From Minisyncoccota bacterium (lineage in GTDB: Bacteria > Patescibacteriota > Minisyncoccia > 2-02-FULL-40-12 > GWA2-44-9), in the NCBI GenBank assembly GCA_035524755.1, contig DATKOD010000003.1, positions 2,206 to 66,205 of the forward strand: a DNA stretch of 64,000 nt, read 5' to 3'. The position numbers were made by a program, and so were the translations under genes. Under the pieces are notes generated by a model. It saw only the letters and a program-made list of their open reading frames with translations, was not told the DNA's origin and made no database searches. Position 1 is the stretch's first letter; each line of letters starts with the position of its first letter. Below, in pieces: positions 35,667-45,590 of this stretch.

Positions 35667-36833
35667 TTATCTCTCGCTGAAACGTCTCGTCAAGAGCAAG
35701 AGTACGACCGCAGTACCGGCAAGCCCTGCTCCCACGAAGAACGGCGTCTGCGGTCCGTAGCGGTCCCACAGGTACCCGGCCAGAATGCTCGCCGGTAGCG
35801 TTGTCAGCCCGACCGTCATTCCATAAATGCCGAACGCGCGTCCTCGGTGGCCGAATTCGACCATATCGGCAAGGAACGCACGCGCGACACCTTCGCTGGT
35901 CGCGTAATAAATACCGTACAGGACGTATAACGGCCACACGACCGCGGCACCGCCTGCGAGTCCGAACCCCACATACGTCAGTGCGTACGCGGCCCATCCC
36001 ATTGCAAGCGTAGGGATCCGCCCGATGCGGTCGGACAATGAACCGAACGGGACCGCAAGGAGCGCGTATATCAGATTGAAGAGGGCGATGACGATTGGAA
36101 TCTCGATGAGCGTGACACCGAGGTTGCGCGCGCGAAGGATGAGGAACGCGTCCGATGAGTTCCCGAGCGTGAACACGACGACGACGGCCATGAACAGGAA
36201 GAACGACGTTGGCAGCGGTTTCGTGGACCCCGGCACGGACTGCGCCCGGGCGGCCGCACGCGGGATTTCATGCACCCGCCGTGTCAGGATGGTGAGCGTC
36301 GCCAACAGCGGCACCGCGGAGACGATGATGATGATGTGATACACCGACGCGCTGGCACGGAAGAGATAGAGCAGCAGTGCCAACACGAGGGGCCCCGCGA
36401 CCGACCCGAGCGTATCCAACATGCGCGATATTCCGAAGCTGCGTCCACGGGTCACCTCCGGCGATGTTCCTGCGATGAGCACGTCCTTGGGAGGATCCTT
36501 AACGCCCTTGCCGATGCCGTCCATGAGCCGGAGACCGAACACCGGTGCGACGCCGCTGACCAAGGCCAAGAGCGGTCGGCTCACCATCGATAGGAAGTAG
36601 CCGATGAAGATGAGCGGTTTCTGCCGCTTGAAACGGTCAGAAAGGTATCCCGCAACGACGCGGAACACGTTCCAACTCGCGGTCACGATGCCTTCAGCGA
36701 TACCGACCAGGGTCTTGTCGAACCCCAGAATAGTCGTCAGGTAGATGGGCAGGACCGGCGCGAACATGTCCTGGCTGATGCCTCCGAAGAAGCTCAGCAG
36801 GCCGATGTACCATATGTCGCGGTCCTTCTTCAC
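35667..36833 (-). CDS. MFS transporter
   Basis: 12-TM pattern, GYLSDRFKR and GSLSDRIGR motif A. Confidence 0.92.
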   Translation of the reverse strand: MKKDRDIWYIGLLSFFGGISQDMFAPVLPIYLTTILGFDKTLVGIAEGIVTASWNVFRVVAGYLSDRFKRQKPLIFIGYFLSMVSRPLLALVSGVAPVFGLRLMDGIGKGVKDPPKDVLIAGTSPEVTRGRSFGISRMLDTLGSVAGPLVLALLLYLFRASASVYHIIIIVSAVPLLATLTILTRRVHEIPRAAARAQSVPGSTKPLPTSFFLFMAVVVVFTLGNSSDAFLILRARNLGVTLIEIPIVIALFNLIYALLAVPFGSLSDRIGRIPTLAMGWAAYALTYVGFGLAGGAAVVWPLYVLYGIYYATSEGVARAFLADMVEFGHRGRAFGIYGMTVGLTTLPASILAGYLWDRYGPQTPFFVGAGLAGTAVVLLLLTRRFSER

Positions 36834-36855
36834 CGCTTCAGTATATCAAAGACGG

Positions 36856-37818
36856 CTACTTTGTTGCCTTGATGCCGTTGAGAATGGCGCGGACGCGATC
36901 CAGGGAGTCCGAGTCGTGTATCGAGATAGGAAGTACGTTCGGGTTCAGACGCTTCAATGACTCGAGCTTCACGGCGATTTCCTCGGGTGGGATCGTGTCC
37001 GATTTGGTCAGGAACAGATATTCATCCTTATCCGCCAGCGTTCCACTGTGCATTGCGAGTTCTTTCCGAATGGTGGCATAGTCACGCACGACATCGTCGG
37101 ATTCTGCGGAGATGAGGTGAAAGATGATCTTCGTCCGCTCGATGTGCCGCAGGAATTTCGTGCCCAACCCCTTGCCCGACGAGGCTCCTTCGATGAGCCC
37201 CGGAATATCGGCGATGACGAGTTCGTAATAGACGCCCAGATGCGGCTCCAGGGTCGTGAACGGATAGTTCGCGACGCGGCTCTGTGCACGGGTCAATTCA
37301 TTGATGAGGCTGGACTTTCCGGCGTTCGGCAGTCCGACAAGGCCGACATCGGCGATGAGTTTGAGTTCCAGCCTGATCCGGAACGATTCACCGGCAGTCC
37401 CCGGCGTGAACTCCTTCGGACTCGTGTTCGTCGAGGAGCGGAATTTGAAATTCCCGGTCCCGCCTTTACCGCCCCGTGCCACTAATACGCGCTGGCCGCT
37501 GGTGATGATCTCTGCGGTCGTACCGGTATCGAGATTGTGGATGACCGTGCCGACCGGCACCTTCGTGACAAGGTCGTCGCCGCCACGGCCATCGTTGAGC
37601 TGGCCCTTCCCACGCTCACCGTCGCCGGCCACCAGTTTCTTCGTGTTACGGAACTGCGAGAGCGCGTTCAAATCCGTCGTGCCTTCGAGGTAGACGTTTC
37701 CGCCCTGGCCGCCATCCCCTCCGGTCGGACCGAGGGCCATCATGTTCTTCTGGAAGGACGCGATCCCGTCGCCGCCACGGCCGGCCTTCACGCGTATCGT
37801 GACGTCATCGATGAGCAT
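36856..37818 (-). CDS. obgE: GTPase Obg
   Basis: Gly-rich Obg fold, GLPNAGKS, YPFTT, DIPG, TKSD. Confidence 0.96.
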   Translation of the reverse strand: MLIDDVTIRVKAGRGGDGIASFQKNMMALGPTGGDGGQGGNVYLEGTTDLNALSQFRNTKKLVAGDGERGKGQLNDGRGGDDLVTKVPVGTVIHNLDTGTTAEIITSGQRVLVARGGKGGTGNFKFRSSTNTSPKEFTPGTAGESFRIRLELKLIADVGLVGLPNAGKSSLINELTRAQSRVANYPFTTLEPHLGVYYELVIADIPGLIEGASSGKGLGTKFLRHIERTKIIFHLISAESDDVVRDYATIRKELAMHSGTLADKDEYLFLTKSDTIPPEEIAVKLESLKRLNPNVLPISIHDSDSLDRVRAILNGIKATK

Positions 37819-38098
37819 GGCCGGCTATTATGGCTGATTTCTGCGTCCGAGTCAACCGCTTCAATGCCGCTTCGCGCCTGAGCGCCGCACTCCGGCTCGC
37901 CGCGCGCTCGGTGTACACGATGTCGCGCGCACCATGCGTCCGCGTATAAGCACCTCCGGTGCCCGATTTATGTTGAGTGAGTCGTCTGGCGATATCCGTC
38001 GTGATGCCCGTATAGAGCGTGCCGTCATCGCACCGGAGTATGTAGACGAAGAATCGTCTAGTTCGCCGTGAGATAGAAGAAATCCTTGTTGTAGCCAT
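37805..38098 (-). CDS. GIY-YIG nuclease (YhbQ/UPF0213-like)
   Basis: VYILRCDDGTLYTGIT...RRLTQH...GGAYTR...ALRREAALK. Start is uncertain. Confidence 0.85.
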   Translation of the reverse strand: MATTRISSISRRTRRFFVYILRCDDGTLYTGITTDIARRLTQHKSGTGGAYTRTHGARDIVYTERAASRSAALRREAALKRLTRTQKSAIIAGHAHR

Positions 38099-39194
38099 GG
38101 AGGTAGCTCTGGGAGCCGTCGCGGATGCCCTGCATGATGGGCGCGGACGAATAGCCGGCGCTTGAGTAGTGATCGAAGACGTTGAACCGCACCCAGTTGG
38201 GGTTGATGTCCAACTGCATCGCGTCCACCGCACCGGCGGCCTTCAATGCGGTGGCGAGCGTCGAAGGCACAAGCGCATTGCCGACCGCGAACAGCAGGTT
38301 GCCCTTCGCCGTGATACCGATGCCCGAGCGCCAGGTGTAGATGTCCGAGGTGATGGTACGGCCCCAGAGCGCACGGTTCACGTCGTCCTTGCTCTCCACG
38401 ACACCGTGTTCCACGAGCATCGGACAGTTCTGCCGCACGAAGATGACATCGTTGCCCAGGGATTGGCCAGTGTAGTCCACGATTTCGATACGTCCGTCCG
38501 CGTGACCCACGAGGGTCGCTAAATCGTTCTTCAACGGCAGATACGTGGTATCACCGACGATCATGCCGTACTGGCCGTCACGGTATTGGAATCCGCCGTC
38601 GAACGCGGCGACGAGCCTTCCTGCGCGCTGGATGTCCGGCGGAATGATTCCGGGGCCCGGCTTGCCGACCTGACCGCCGGGTTCCTTGGTACCGGCAACG
38701 CTCCAGAGACGCAATTTTGACATGTCCATCTGGACAAGGGTGACGAACGCGTACGAGCGCGCCGGGTCCGGCCGTATGAACGTGTCAGCGACGACGACCT
38801 TGCCCGGGAACAGGTCGAGCGGGATGTCGTTCCATTCGCCTTCGCCCATGATCGGCATGAGCGCCGCCGTCTGCACTACCGACAGGTCCAGGTTCGACGA
38901 ATTCGCGGCCGATGCGGGTATCGGCGTACCCGACGGATGCAGGAACGGGTCCTGTGGGGTGGATACTTTGTACTTGAGCCGATTGATGGTGTCGGTCGTA
39001 TTGAAAAACAACTTCTCCAGTGCGATGACCCGTGCATCGCCGATCAATGGCCGTAGTATCTCATCGGTAAAGGTCGCCGCCGCGGAGGTGTTGAGCTCGA
39101 TGAACAGTACCCCGCCGATGATGACCAGTACGAGCACGGTCAGGATCGTGAAAATGGTCCGTCGGCTTCGCAGATGTTGCATCAGGCTTTTCAT
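38058..39194 (-). CDS. Membrane-anchored phosphodiester glycosidase (NAGPA/DUF2233)-like protein
   Basis: N-terminal TM; AAFDGGF, RQN, WRSGIG, AMQLDIN. Confidence 0.6.
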   Translation of the reverse strand: MKSLMQHLRSRRTIFTILTVLVLVIIGGVLFIELNTSAAATFTDEILRPLIGDARVIALEKLFFNTTDTINRLKYKVSTPQDPFLHPSGTPIPASAANSSNLDLSVVQTAALMPIMGEGEWNDIPLDLFPGKVVVADTFIRPDPARSYAFVTLVQMDMSKLRLWSVAGTKEPGGQVGKPGPGIIPPDIQRAGRLVAAFDGGFQYRDGQYGMIVGDTTYLPLKNDLATLVGHADGRIEIVDYTGQSLGNDVIFVRQNCPMLVEHGVVESKDDVNRALWGRTITSDIYTWRSGIGITAKGNLLFAVGNALVPSTLATALKAAGAVDAMQLDINPNWVRFNVFDHYSSAGYSSAPIMQGIRDGSQSYLHGYNKDFFYLTAN

Positions 39195-39262
39195 TATTGC
39201 GGTACTTTATCATACGACCGCCCCGCTTTCTACCCGTGTCGCGATGTGCTATTCTGTCCCCC

Positions 39263-39814
39263 GTGTTGCCTCCAGGACATGTCGCCGGCGGATACCTGCT
39301 CACGCAGGCGCTTTTGAGCGGTTTCCGGCCGCCGTTCACACACTCCCAACAGCAGACACTGCTCTGGCTGGGGACGTTCTTCGCATTCGCGCCGGATTTG
39401 GACTATTTCGTCCTCTTCGCGAAGACGCACAGCATGACACCGCACGATTTGGGTCCGCATCGGGCCTTCTGGTCCCATCGTCCCTTCGTGTGGCTCGTCC
39501 TCGCGGCATTGGTCGTGCTGATCGCTCCATCGCCGTTCATGCTATGGGTCGCGCTCCTCGTGTGGCTCGGCTCCTGGTCGCATTTCGTGCTTGATACCAT
39601 CCAGGAGCCCGGCATCATGTGGCTCTGGCCGTTTTCACGGAAGCTCTTCACGCTCAGGAAAAGACCCACCGCCGAATGGAATCAGCCGGAAGGGCACTTC
39701 CTCCGCTATTGGGCGCGATTGGTCGCGTGGTATGCGCGCGCGGAAGCGCTCAGTTTCTGGTCAGAGTTCGCGCTCGTGTGCGCGGCACTTGTCGTGCTTT
39801 TGCGGCACCTCTGA
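39263..39814 (+). CDS. Membrane metal-dependent hydrolase (YdjM-like)
   Basis: GTG start; PGH, APDLD, HRAFWSH, SHFVLD, WLWPF. Confidence 0.82.
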   Translation: MLPPGHVAGGYLLTQALLSGFRPPFTHSQQQTLLWLGTFFAFAPDLDYFVLFAKTHSMTPHDLGPHRAFWSHRPFVWLVLAALVVLIAPSPFMLWVALLVWLGSWSHFVLDTIQEPGIMWLWPFSRKLFTLRKRPTAEWNQPEGHFLRYWARLVAWYARAEALSFWSEFALVCAALVVLLRHL

Positions 39815-39836
39815 TTTCACGTACCTTTTCACCGGA

Positions 39837-40973
39837 TCAGGTTTTGCCTGTATTCGCGTGCTGATGTACCGTTTCGATTGCTGAACTCTGAAAAATCCGG
39901 TCTTTCAGCATCGCAACGGCGATTGCGGTCGTGATGGGAACGGCGATGACCAGACCGATGCTTCCGATCAATATCCGCACGATTTCCGTTGCGAACACCT
40001 CCTGATTCATCGACTGCCAGATGTCGGCGTGCTCGGTATAGAAGACGAGGAGCAGCGGCAGCGAGACACCGACATATGCGATGGCGAGCGTGTTCACCAG
40101 GGCGCCGATGTGTTCCCGTCCGATCCGGAGCGCCCGCTGGAACAGCCGCCGCGGATGCATGTCGTGAGACGCGCGACGGAGCTCTTCCACTGCAATGGCC
40201 TGGCCGATGGCGATGTCGTACAACACGCCAAGAAGACCGATGAGCATGCCTCCCAACAGCAGACCAACCAGATCGATCTGTCCGCTGGTGTCGGAGGTCA
40301 GATAGAGGGAATCCTCGCTCGCATTGCCCGAAAGATGGGCGGCGTGCACGACGTACAGCGCAAGAAATCCGACCACGACGACGGTCGCGATCATCCCGAT
40401 GACCGCAGCGGTGGTCGTTCGGTTGAAGCCGTGCGTGATATACGAGCCGACGATGATGATGAGCGCGGAAACACCGATGCTCAGCCCGATGGGAGACTGT
40501 CCATGCAACAGTCCGGGCAGCAACACGAACAGGATGAGGGCCAGACCACCGACCAGGCTGGTGAGTCCGCGGATGCCCTGCCAGCCACCGAAGACGAGCA
40601 CGAGCAGGACGAAGAGTGCCGCCAGCCAGCCAAGCGTCGGCAACCGGTATGCACCCGCGAAGCCGATGCCGTTGATGACCGGATTGCCTTGCTCGTCTTT
40701 CGAGAGCGCGAGATTCACCCGGTCGCCGACCTTCAGAGGCGTTATGTCATTTTCCACCTGCACTATCTGGTCCTTGAACGACCCTTCCAGGATTTTGACA
40801 GCGAGCTGTTGAACGGTTTCCTGCACGTCCGTTCCTTCGACATCTTGGACCTTCTGACTGACGATATTGGTTATCTGTCCAAGCGTGATGACAACGCCCT
40901 CATCCGCCTTGAGAGTGGCGGGGATAGCGATCAATAGTCCGCTCACCAGTACTACCCAGAGTATCTTCTTCAT
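39837..40973 (-). CDS. YibE/F family membrane protein
   Basis: GWQGIRGL, LGVLYDIAIGQ, GREHIGALVNTL, EIVR...GSIG. Confidence 0.88.
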   Translation of the reverse strand: MKKILWVVLVSGLLIAIPATLKADEGVVITLGQITNIVSQKVQDVEGTDVQETVQQLAVKILEGSFKDQIVQVENDITPLKVGDRVNLALSKDEQGNPVINGIGFAGAYRLPTLGWLAALFVLLVLVFGGWQGIRGLTSLVGGLALILFVLLPGLLHGQSPIGLSIGVSALIIIVGSYITHGFNRTTTAAVIGMIATVVVVGFLALYVVHAAHLSGNASEDSLYLTSDTSGQIDLVGLLLGGMLIGLLGVLYDIAIGQAIAVEELRRASHDMHPRRLFQRALRIGREHIGALVNTLAIAYVGVSLPLLLVFYTEHADIWQSMNQEVFATEIVRILIGSIGLVIAVPITTAIAVAMLKDRIFQSSAIETVHQHANTGKT

Positions 40974-40982
40974 ATTGTCTTG

Positions 40983-41053
40983 CTGGGGGGATTGGATTCG
41001 AACCAATATTCGCGGCTCCAAAGGCCGATGTCCTACCATTAGACGACCCCCCA
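40983..41053 (-). tRNA. tRNA-Gln(TTG)
   Basis: Acceptor TGGGGGG/CCCCCCA, anticodon loop CTTTGGA, T arm ATTGG-TTCGAAT-CCAAT. Confidence 0.92.
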
Positions 41054-41063
41054 AGATGCCCCA

Positions 41064-42089
41064 CTATACCAGTTCTATGATGGCCAACTCCAGCGGCAAT
41101 GTCGGAATCGTGCTTGAACGGAGCTGACCGCGCGCGTTGGTGAATGCCGTGATAGCACGCACCAGCCACGCACCGTCTAACCCGGCGGCCAGCGCCTTGA
41201 CCGCCGCTTCGCGCACGTCGGCGAGCCCGGCCGACGCCAGGATGCCCGGGTCTATCTTCGTGAGCATCACCTGCCGCAGGAACTCCACTAGGCCACGGGC
41301 GACATGGTCCATGTCGGCGCCATTCTGTGCGACATCGGCAAGTTCACGTAGTGCCGTGACGCGATCATGCGCGGCCACCAGACGGACCAGGCGGTCGTAC
41401 CAACCCTGCGGCACCAGCCCGAGAACTGACTGTACCGTAGCCGTCGTGATACGCGCACCGTCGGCATGGCTCACCAGCTTGGTGAGCATGACCTCGGCGT
41501 CACGCACCGCGCCGTCTGCGGCCGCTGCCATGGTCGCCAATGCGTCCGGCTCGACGTCGAGTTTCTCCTTCTTCACGATGTAGGCGAGCTTCGTCGTGAT
41601 CTGCGCCTGGGTCAGCTTGCGGAAATCGAACCGCTGGACGCGCGACAGCACCGTCGGAATGATTTTATGCGGTTCCGTGGTCGCGAGGATGAACAGCGCA
41701 TGGGCCGGCGGCTCCTCCAGAAGCTTCAGGAGCGCGTTGAACGCGTCTTTGGACAACATGTGCACCTCGTCCACGATGAAGACTTTGTAGGGCATCAGCG
41801 CGGGCGATGATGCGGCCGTCTCTTTGAGCTGCCTGACGTCGTCGATGCCGCGGTTGGACGCCGCATCGATCTCCACGAGGTCCATGCCCGGATCCCCGTC
41901 GGGCTTCAGGCCCATCGCGGCTTTCGCGAAGATGCGGGCTACGGTGGTCTTCCCGGTGCCCCGCGGTCCCGCGAACAGGTATGCATGTCCGATGCGGCCG
42001 CTGGAAAGCGCGCCCTGCAGCGTGCGGACGACGTGCTCCTGACCGACCACCTCGGACCAGGTGGCGGGGCGGTACGTACGGTACAACAT
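41064..42089 (-). CDS. dnaX: DNA polymerase III gamma/tau, short form
   Basis: LYRTYRP, GQEHV, GPRGTGKTT, EIDAASNRG, DEVHMLS, NALLKLLEEPP. Confidence 0.95.
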   Translation of the reverse strand: MLYRTYRPATWSEVVGQEHVVRTLQGALSSGRIGHAYLFAGPRGTGKTTVARIFAKAAMGLKPDGDPGMDLVEIDAASNRGIDDVRQLKETAASSPALMPYKVFIVDEVHMLSKDAFNALLKLLEEPPAHALFILATTEPHKIIPTVLSRVQRFDFRKLTQAQITTKLAYIVKKEKLDVEPDALATMAAAADGAVRDAEVMLTKLVSHADGARITTATVQSVLGLVPQGWYDRLVRLVAAHDRVTALRELADVAQNGADMDHVARGLVEFLRQVMLTKIDPGILASAGLADVREAAVKALAAGLDGAWLVRAITAFTNARGQLRSSTIPTLPLELAIIELV

Positions 42090-42104
42090 AGCCCTGACGG
42101 TATA

Positions 42105-42716
42105 CTACTTTTTCCGGAAAACGAACACCCGGAATCCCGTGAACGAGAAGATGAGCGCGACCGCGGAACCGACGACTGCACCGACGCCGGCCCATGCGGC
42201 CGTCGTGAATCCGGCCGGGCGGAGCGCGATGGTGATTGATGCTGCCGCGACGTTCACCAACACTGACGCGAGCGCGACCACGAGGAACCGCCCGATCTCA
42301 CCTGAGCCGCCCCGCGCTGAATCTTGGAATGCCCAGATCTTGTTCCAGAAATAGCTGTGAACGGTCGCAACACTGAATGAAAGGGTCTTGAACAGCGCGT
42401 ACGCGATGCCCGTGCTCAGACCGGTCAGCGCGATGAGCAGATACAGCACCCCGAAGTCCACGAGGGCATTGGCGAATCCGATGGCGGCGAACCGGCCGAA
42501 CTGCACGAACGGCTTGAACCACACCCCGAGGATATATCCCAGCTGCACGCCCAGGATCCAAAGGATGGGCACGAGCCAGATGAGTACCGAGGTGTTGATG
42601 CCCAACGGCAGCGACTTCCCCAAATACCGCAGGATGGCATCTGCGATGATCCCGGTGGTCAGACCGGTGATGAGTCCGTAGACGACATCTCTTCCTGATA
42701 CGATACGCATTGACAT
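42105..42716 (-). CDS. GtrA family protein
   Basis: QFGRFAAIG...VDFG, HSYFWNKIWAF. Confidence 0.85.
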   Translation of the reverse strand: MSMRIVSGRDVVYGLITGLTTGIIADAILRYLGKSLPLGINTSVLIWLVPILWILGVQLGYILGVWFKPFVQFGRFAAIGFANALVDFGVLYLLIALTGLSTGIAYALFKTLSFSVATVHSYFWNKIWAFQDSARGGSGEIGRFLVVALASVLVNVAAASITIALRPAGFTTAAWAGVGAVVGSAVALIFSFTGFRVFVFRKK

Positions 42717-42719
42717 ACG

Positions 42720-45149
42720 TTAGGTGGTACGTTCGAAGCGCTGCCGGATTTCTGATTCCACTTCTTCCCGCGGACGACCGAATTTCGCATGGCTGGATTC
42801 GATGATGGCATCGCGAACGGCCGGATCGCCTTTCGCCAGTCCGATCTCCGCGAGACCGCGCATGCTCGTAGGCCGCGCAACCTGACTGTTCACCAGCATG
42901 GATACATACGCATGGAAATTATCGATGTTGGAAACATCGTACGGAGAGAACACCGGTTCGAACTTCGTCTTCAGGAGCGGCATCTCGGCATCCTCCGGAC
43001 TGACACGGTACACCACCATGGTGCCGACGTTGCCGAAGACCGAATCGCGGATGGCGTCGTCAAGCTGCTTGATGAACTGATGCGCCATGATGAGACATAG
43101 GCGATACTTCCGGGCTTCCGCGAGGATGACCGAAATGGAATCCGTCGTGAAGTTCTGGAATTCATCCATATACAGATAGTGATCGGGCAGGTCAGCGCGT
43201 TTCGTATCGCGCGCCAATGCCGCACGGCGTAGTTTGCCGGTGATGACCATGCCCAACAGGTTCGCGTTCATATCACCGATCTTCCCTTTCGACAGGTTAC
43301 AGATAAGTATCTTCCGGTTCTCGATGACATCCCTGAAATCGATGACGCTCGTCTGTTGGTTCACGATGGGCCGCAGAAAATCATTGGACGTGAACGTATC
43401 GATCTTGCTGGTGACATATCCGGCGAAATTCGCCAGCGACTGGTCGCCGGTCATCTTCGTGGCTTCCAATTCCCAGAACTGCTTCACGACCGTGTTGGAC
43501 TCGTGCGCCAATAGGTCATTGCGGAATGCCTCGTCGACGAACACCCGTGACATGTCGGCCAGCGTCGGTACCCGCCGCTCGTAGTTATCGAGCAACAGGT
43601 ATGTCGCATTCTTGAAATACCGCTCGAACATCGGTCCGCCGGTCTCCTTGAGGTCGTACAGCTTCGACATGATCTCGAATAATTCGTCGATGATGAGCGT
43701 TTTATCCTGCGGATTGGACGGGTCGAACTCGAGCATGTTCAATCCCAGCGGGAACGACGTATCGCCGGGGTTGAAATAGATGACGTCGTCGATCCGTTCC
43801 TTCGGGACGTTCGCTAACACCCACTCCGCGAACGAGCCGTGCGGATCCAGTACCGTAATGCCGTCCCCCGACTCCAAATCCTGGGGTATCATCGACTGCA
43901 TCGTGACCGTTTTTCCGGTTCCGGTCTGTCCGATGATGTACATATGACGCCGACGGTCTTCGCGCGCGATGCGAAGCAGCGTCGACTGGCCCCGGTATTC
44001 GTTCATGCCGAACGCGATGCCATGCTCGGGAAGACCCGGTGGCGGCTCGGCCGTCTTGAAATTCACGAACTTGACCTTCGGCATGACCGCCATGCCGGTG
44101 GGAAAGTGGTACACGCTGGTAAGTTCCTCCGCCGACAGCGTGACCGTCTGAGCGTCATCGAACAGGCGAAAGGCGAATTCGAATTCCAACCGCTCCAACG
44201 CCTTGCCGGACAGTTTCTTCACGTTGAATCCGTTCCGGTCAGCCGTCGTATATTGCGAGAACGCGCCGGCGACATCGTTCATGATGGCATCCGCACGTTC
44301 CGGTGAGGACGATGAGGCGAGGATGCGAATGTTGCAGTCGAACAGCGGGCGTGATGCCTTGGACTGCAACGCGGTGATGAGTTTCTGTTCGAATTCGGTG
44401 GCGACCTTCGGCGGTTCTTTGAGCGCGGCGTCCGAGTCTCTCTTTTCATCCTTCTTCGGCGGATGCTGGGCGAGTTTGAGCGCTTTATGGAAATCATTGC
44501 CCGCCTGCATCTGACGTGCGGTATCGGACGCGAGTTTCCGGATCCCGGCATGCGACGACGGCCGGACCGCGATCTGGATGGCGACACCTTCGCCCTCCTT
44601 CTCGATCCTGCCCATCGCGCTCACCAGCGGACCGAGCGGATCGCTGGGCAGCTCGGTATAGGTCAGTACCGGCAGGATGGGATCCTCACGCTGGGTCAGG
44701 TAGGCGCCCGCCGAGCCGCCCTGCGGATTGAAAATGTTGTAATCCGGGCTCCGTTGAACGGTGGCGGTCGGAAACACGCCGACCATCTGCTTCTCGAACT
44801 GATCAGCGAACTTCGACGGCACCGCGGCGTAGAAATGGATCTGCTCGCCGATATGGTGCACCGCCATTTCCAGCACCAGGTACGGATCGCCGAACAGGAA
44901 CTTGTTCCACCCTTTGATCTTCAGGTTTGCCACCGACGCATACAACTGCTCCATGACCGCGATGAGTTTGCGTTCGTCCTTCTCCCCTCCCTCGGCGGCG
45001 AACCGCGGCAGAAGGAACAGCAGCAGCTGCATGTCCAGAGAACGCGACAACGACGTACGCGAACGGAGACCGTTGACGACGATCAACGCGGCGACGGCCA
45101 GAATGACCGCGACCAACGCCAAGAGTACAAGCGTGATGACGGGCGACAT
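42720..45149 (-). CDS. VirD4/TraG/HerA-like membrane ATPase
   Basis: N-terminal TM, RRHMYIIGQTGTGKT, DPHG, YMDEFQNF, EARKY, AHQ, GNVGT. Confidence 0.88.
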   Translation of the reverse strand: MSPVITLVLLALVAVILAVAALIVVNGLRSRTSLSRSLDMQLLLFLLPRFAAEGGEKDERKLIAVMEQLYASVANLKIKGWNKFLFGDPYLVLEMAVHHIGEQIHFYAAVPSKFADQFEKQMVGVFPTATVQRSPDYNIFNPQGGSAGAYLTQREDPILPVLTYTELPSDPLGPLVSAMGRIEKEGEGVAIQIAVRPSSHAGIRKLASDTARQMQAGNDFHKALKLAQHPPKKDEKRDSDAALKEPPKVATEFEQKLITALQSKASRPLFDCNIRILASSSSPERADAIMNDVAGAFSQYTTADRNGFNVKKLSGKALERLEFEFAFRLFDDAQTVTLSAEELTSVYHFPTGMAVMPKVKFVNFKTAEPPPGLPEHGIAFGMNEYRGQSTLLRIAREDRRRHMYIIGQTGTGKTVTMQSMIPQDLESGDGITVLDPHGSFAEWVLANVPKERIDDVIYFNPGDTSFPLGLNMLEFDPSNPQDKTLIIDELFEIMSKLYDLKETGGPMFERYFKNATYLLLDNYERRVPTLADMSRVFVDEAFRNDLLAHESNTVVKQFWELEATKMTGDQSLANFAGYVTSKIDTFTSNDFLRPIVNQQTSVIDFRDVIENRKILICNLSKGKIGDMNANLLGMVITGKLRRAALARDTKRADLPDHYLYMDEFQNFTTDSISVILAEARKYRLCLIMAHQFIKQLDDAIRDSVFGNVGTMVVYRVSPEDAEMPLLKTKFEPVFSPYDVSNIDNFHAYVSMLVNSQVARPTSMRGLAEIGLAKGDPAVRDAIIESSHAKFGRPREEVESEIRQRFERTT

Positions 45150-45550
45150 CAGGGAGCGGGCTCAACCTTCCGGCGTTCCAGCAGTTGCGAGTGGAATTCA
45201 TCGGCGAGCACGTCGTGCAGTGCATCGATGAGCGCGGGATTGCCGGAAGCGACAGCCTGGTCGATGGCGGCCTGCAGGCTCTGCGTGAACACCACGTTCA
45301 CCAGTTGCTGCACCGGGCCGGCCAACGCCGGGTCCTGCCAGCTCGGCGTGCCTGCCACGGGTTGCGATGCCGCTGGCGCCGGTTGGTAGTTCGGCACTGA
45401 CTGTTGGATGCGTTCGCCGACCGCCTCATGCACTTCTGCCCGTTCATACGGCGTCGATGCGTCAGCGCCCAGCTCCGCGCGTTTCTCCTGGAGCCTGCGT
45501 TCCAGGTCTGCGATCTCCGTCTCGATCGGACCGGTGGTGTTCTCAGCCAT
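45149..45550 (-). CDS. Conserved hypothetical protein coupled to the ATPase
   Basis: TGATG overlap with the ATPase start; NPALIDALHDVL motif. Confidence 0.7.
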   Translation of the reverse strand: MAENTTGPIETEIADLERRLQEKRAELGADASTPYERAEVHEAVGERIQQSVPNYQPAPAASQPVAGTPSWQDPALAGPVQQLVNVVFTQSLQAAIDQAVASGNPALIDALHDVLADEFHSQLLERRKVEPAP

Positions 45551-45557
45551 GCACATC

Positions 45558-45584
45558 CATTGTAGCACACCCCGTGCTACAATG
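45558..45584. promoter_or_regulatory. Palindromic pair of back-to-back extended -10 promoters
   Basis: CATTGTAGCAC-ACCCC-GTGCTACAATG gives TGCTACAAT on each strand, 7-8 nt before the divergent ATGs. Confidence 0.65.
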
Positions 45585-45590
45585 AAGCCA

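Noticed and set aside
37805-38098. GIY-YIG protein as a homing endonuclease or intron marker
   Set aside because: It is the short stand-alone YhbQ-like form, and the flanking genes are uninterrupted.
42720-45149. Conjugative element suggested by the VirD4-like ATPase
   Set aside because: There is no relaxase, VirB cluster, integrase or att repeat, and the gene is co-oriented with dnaX.
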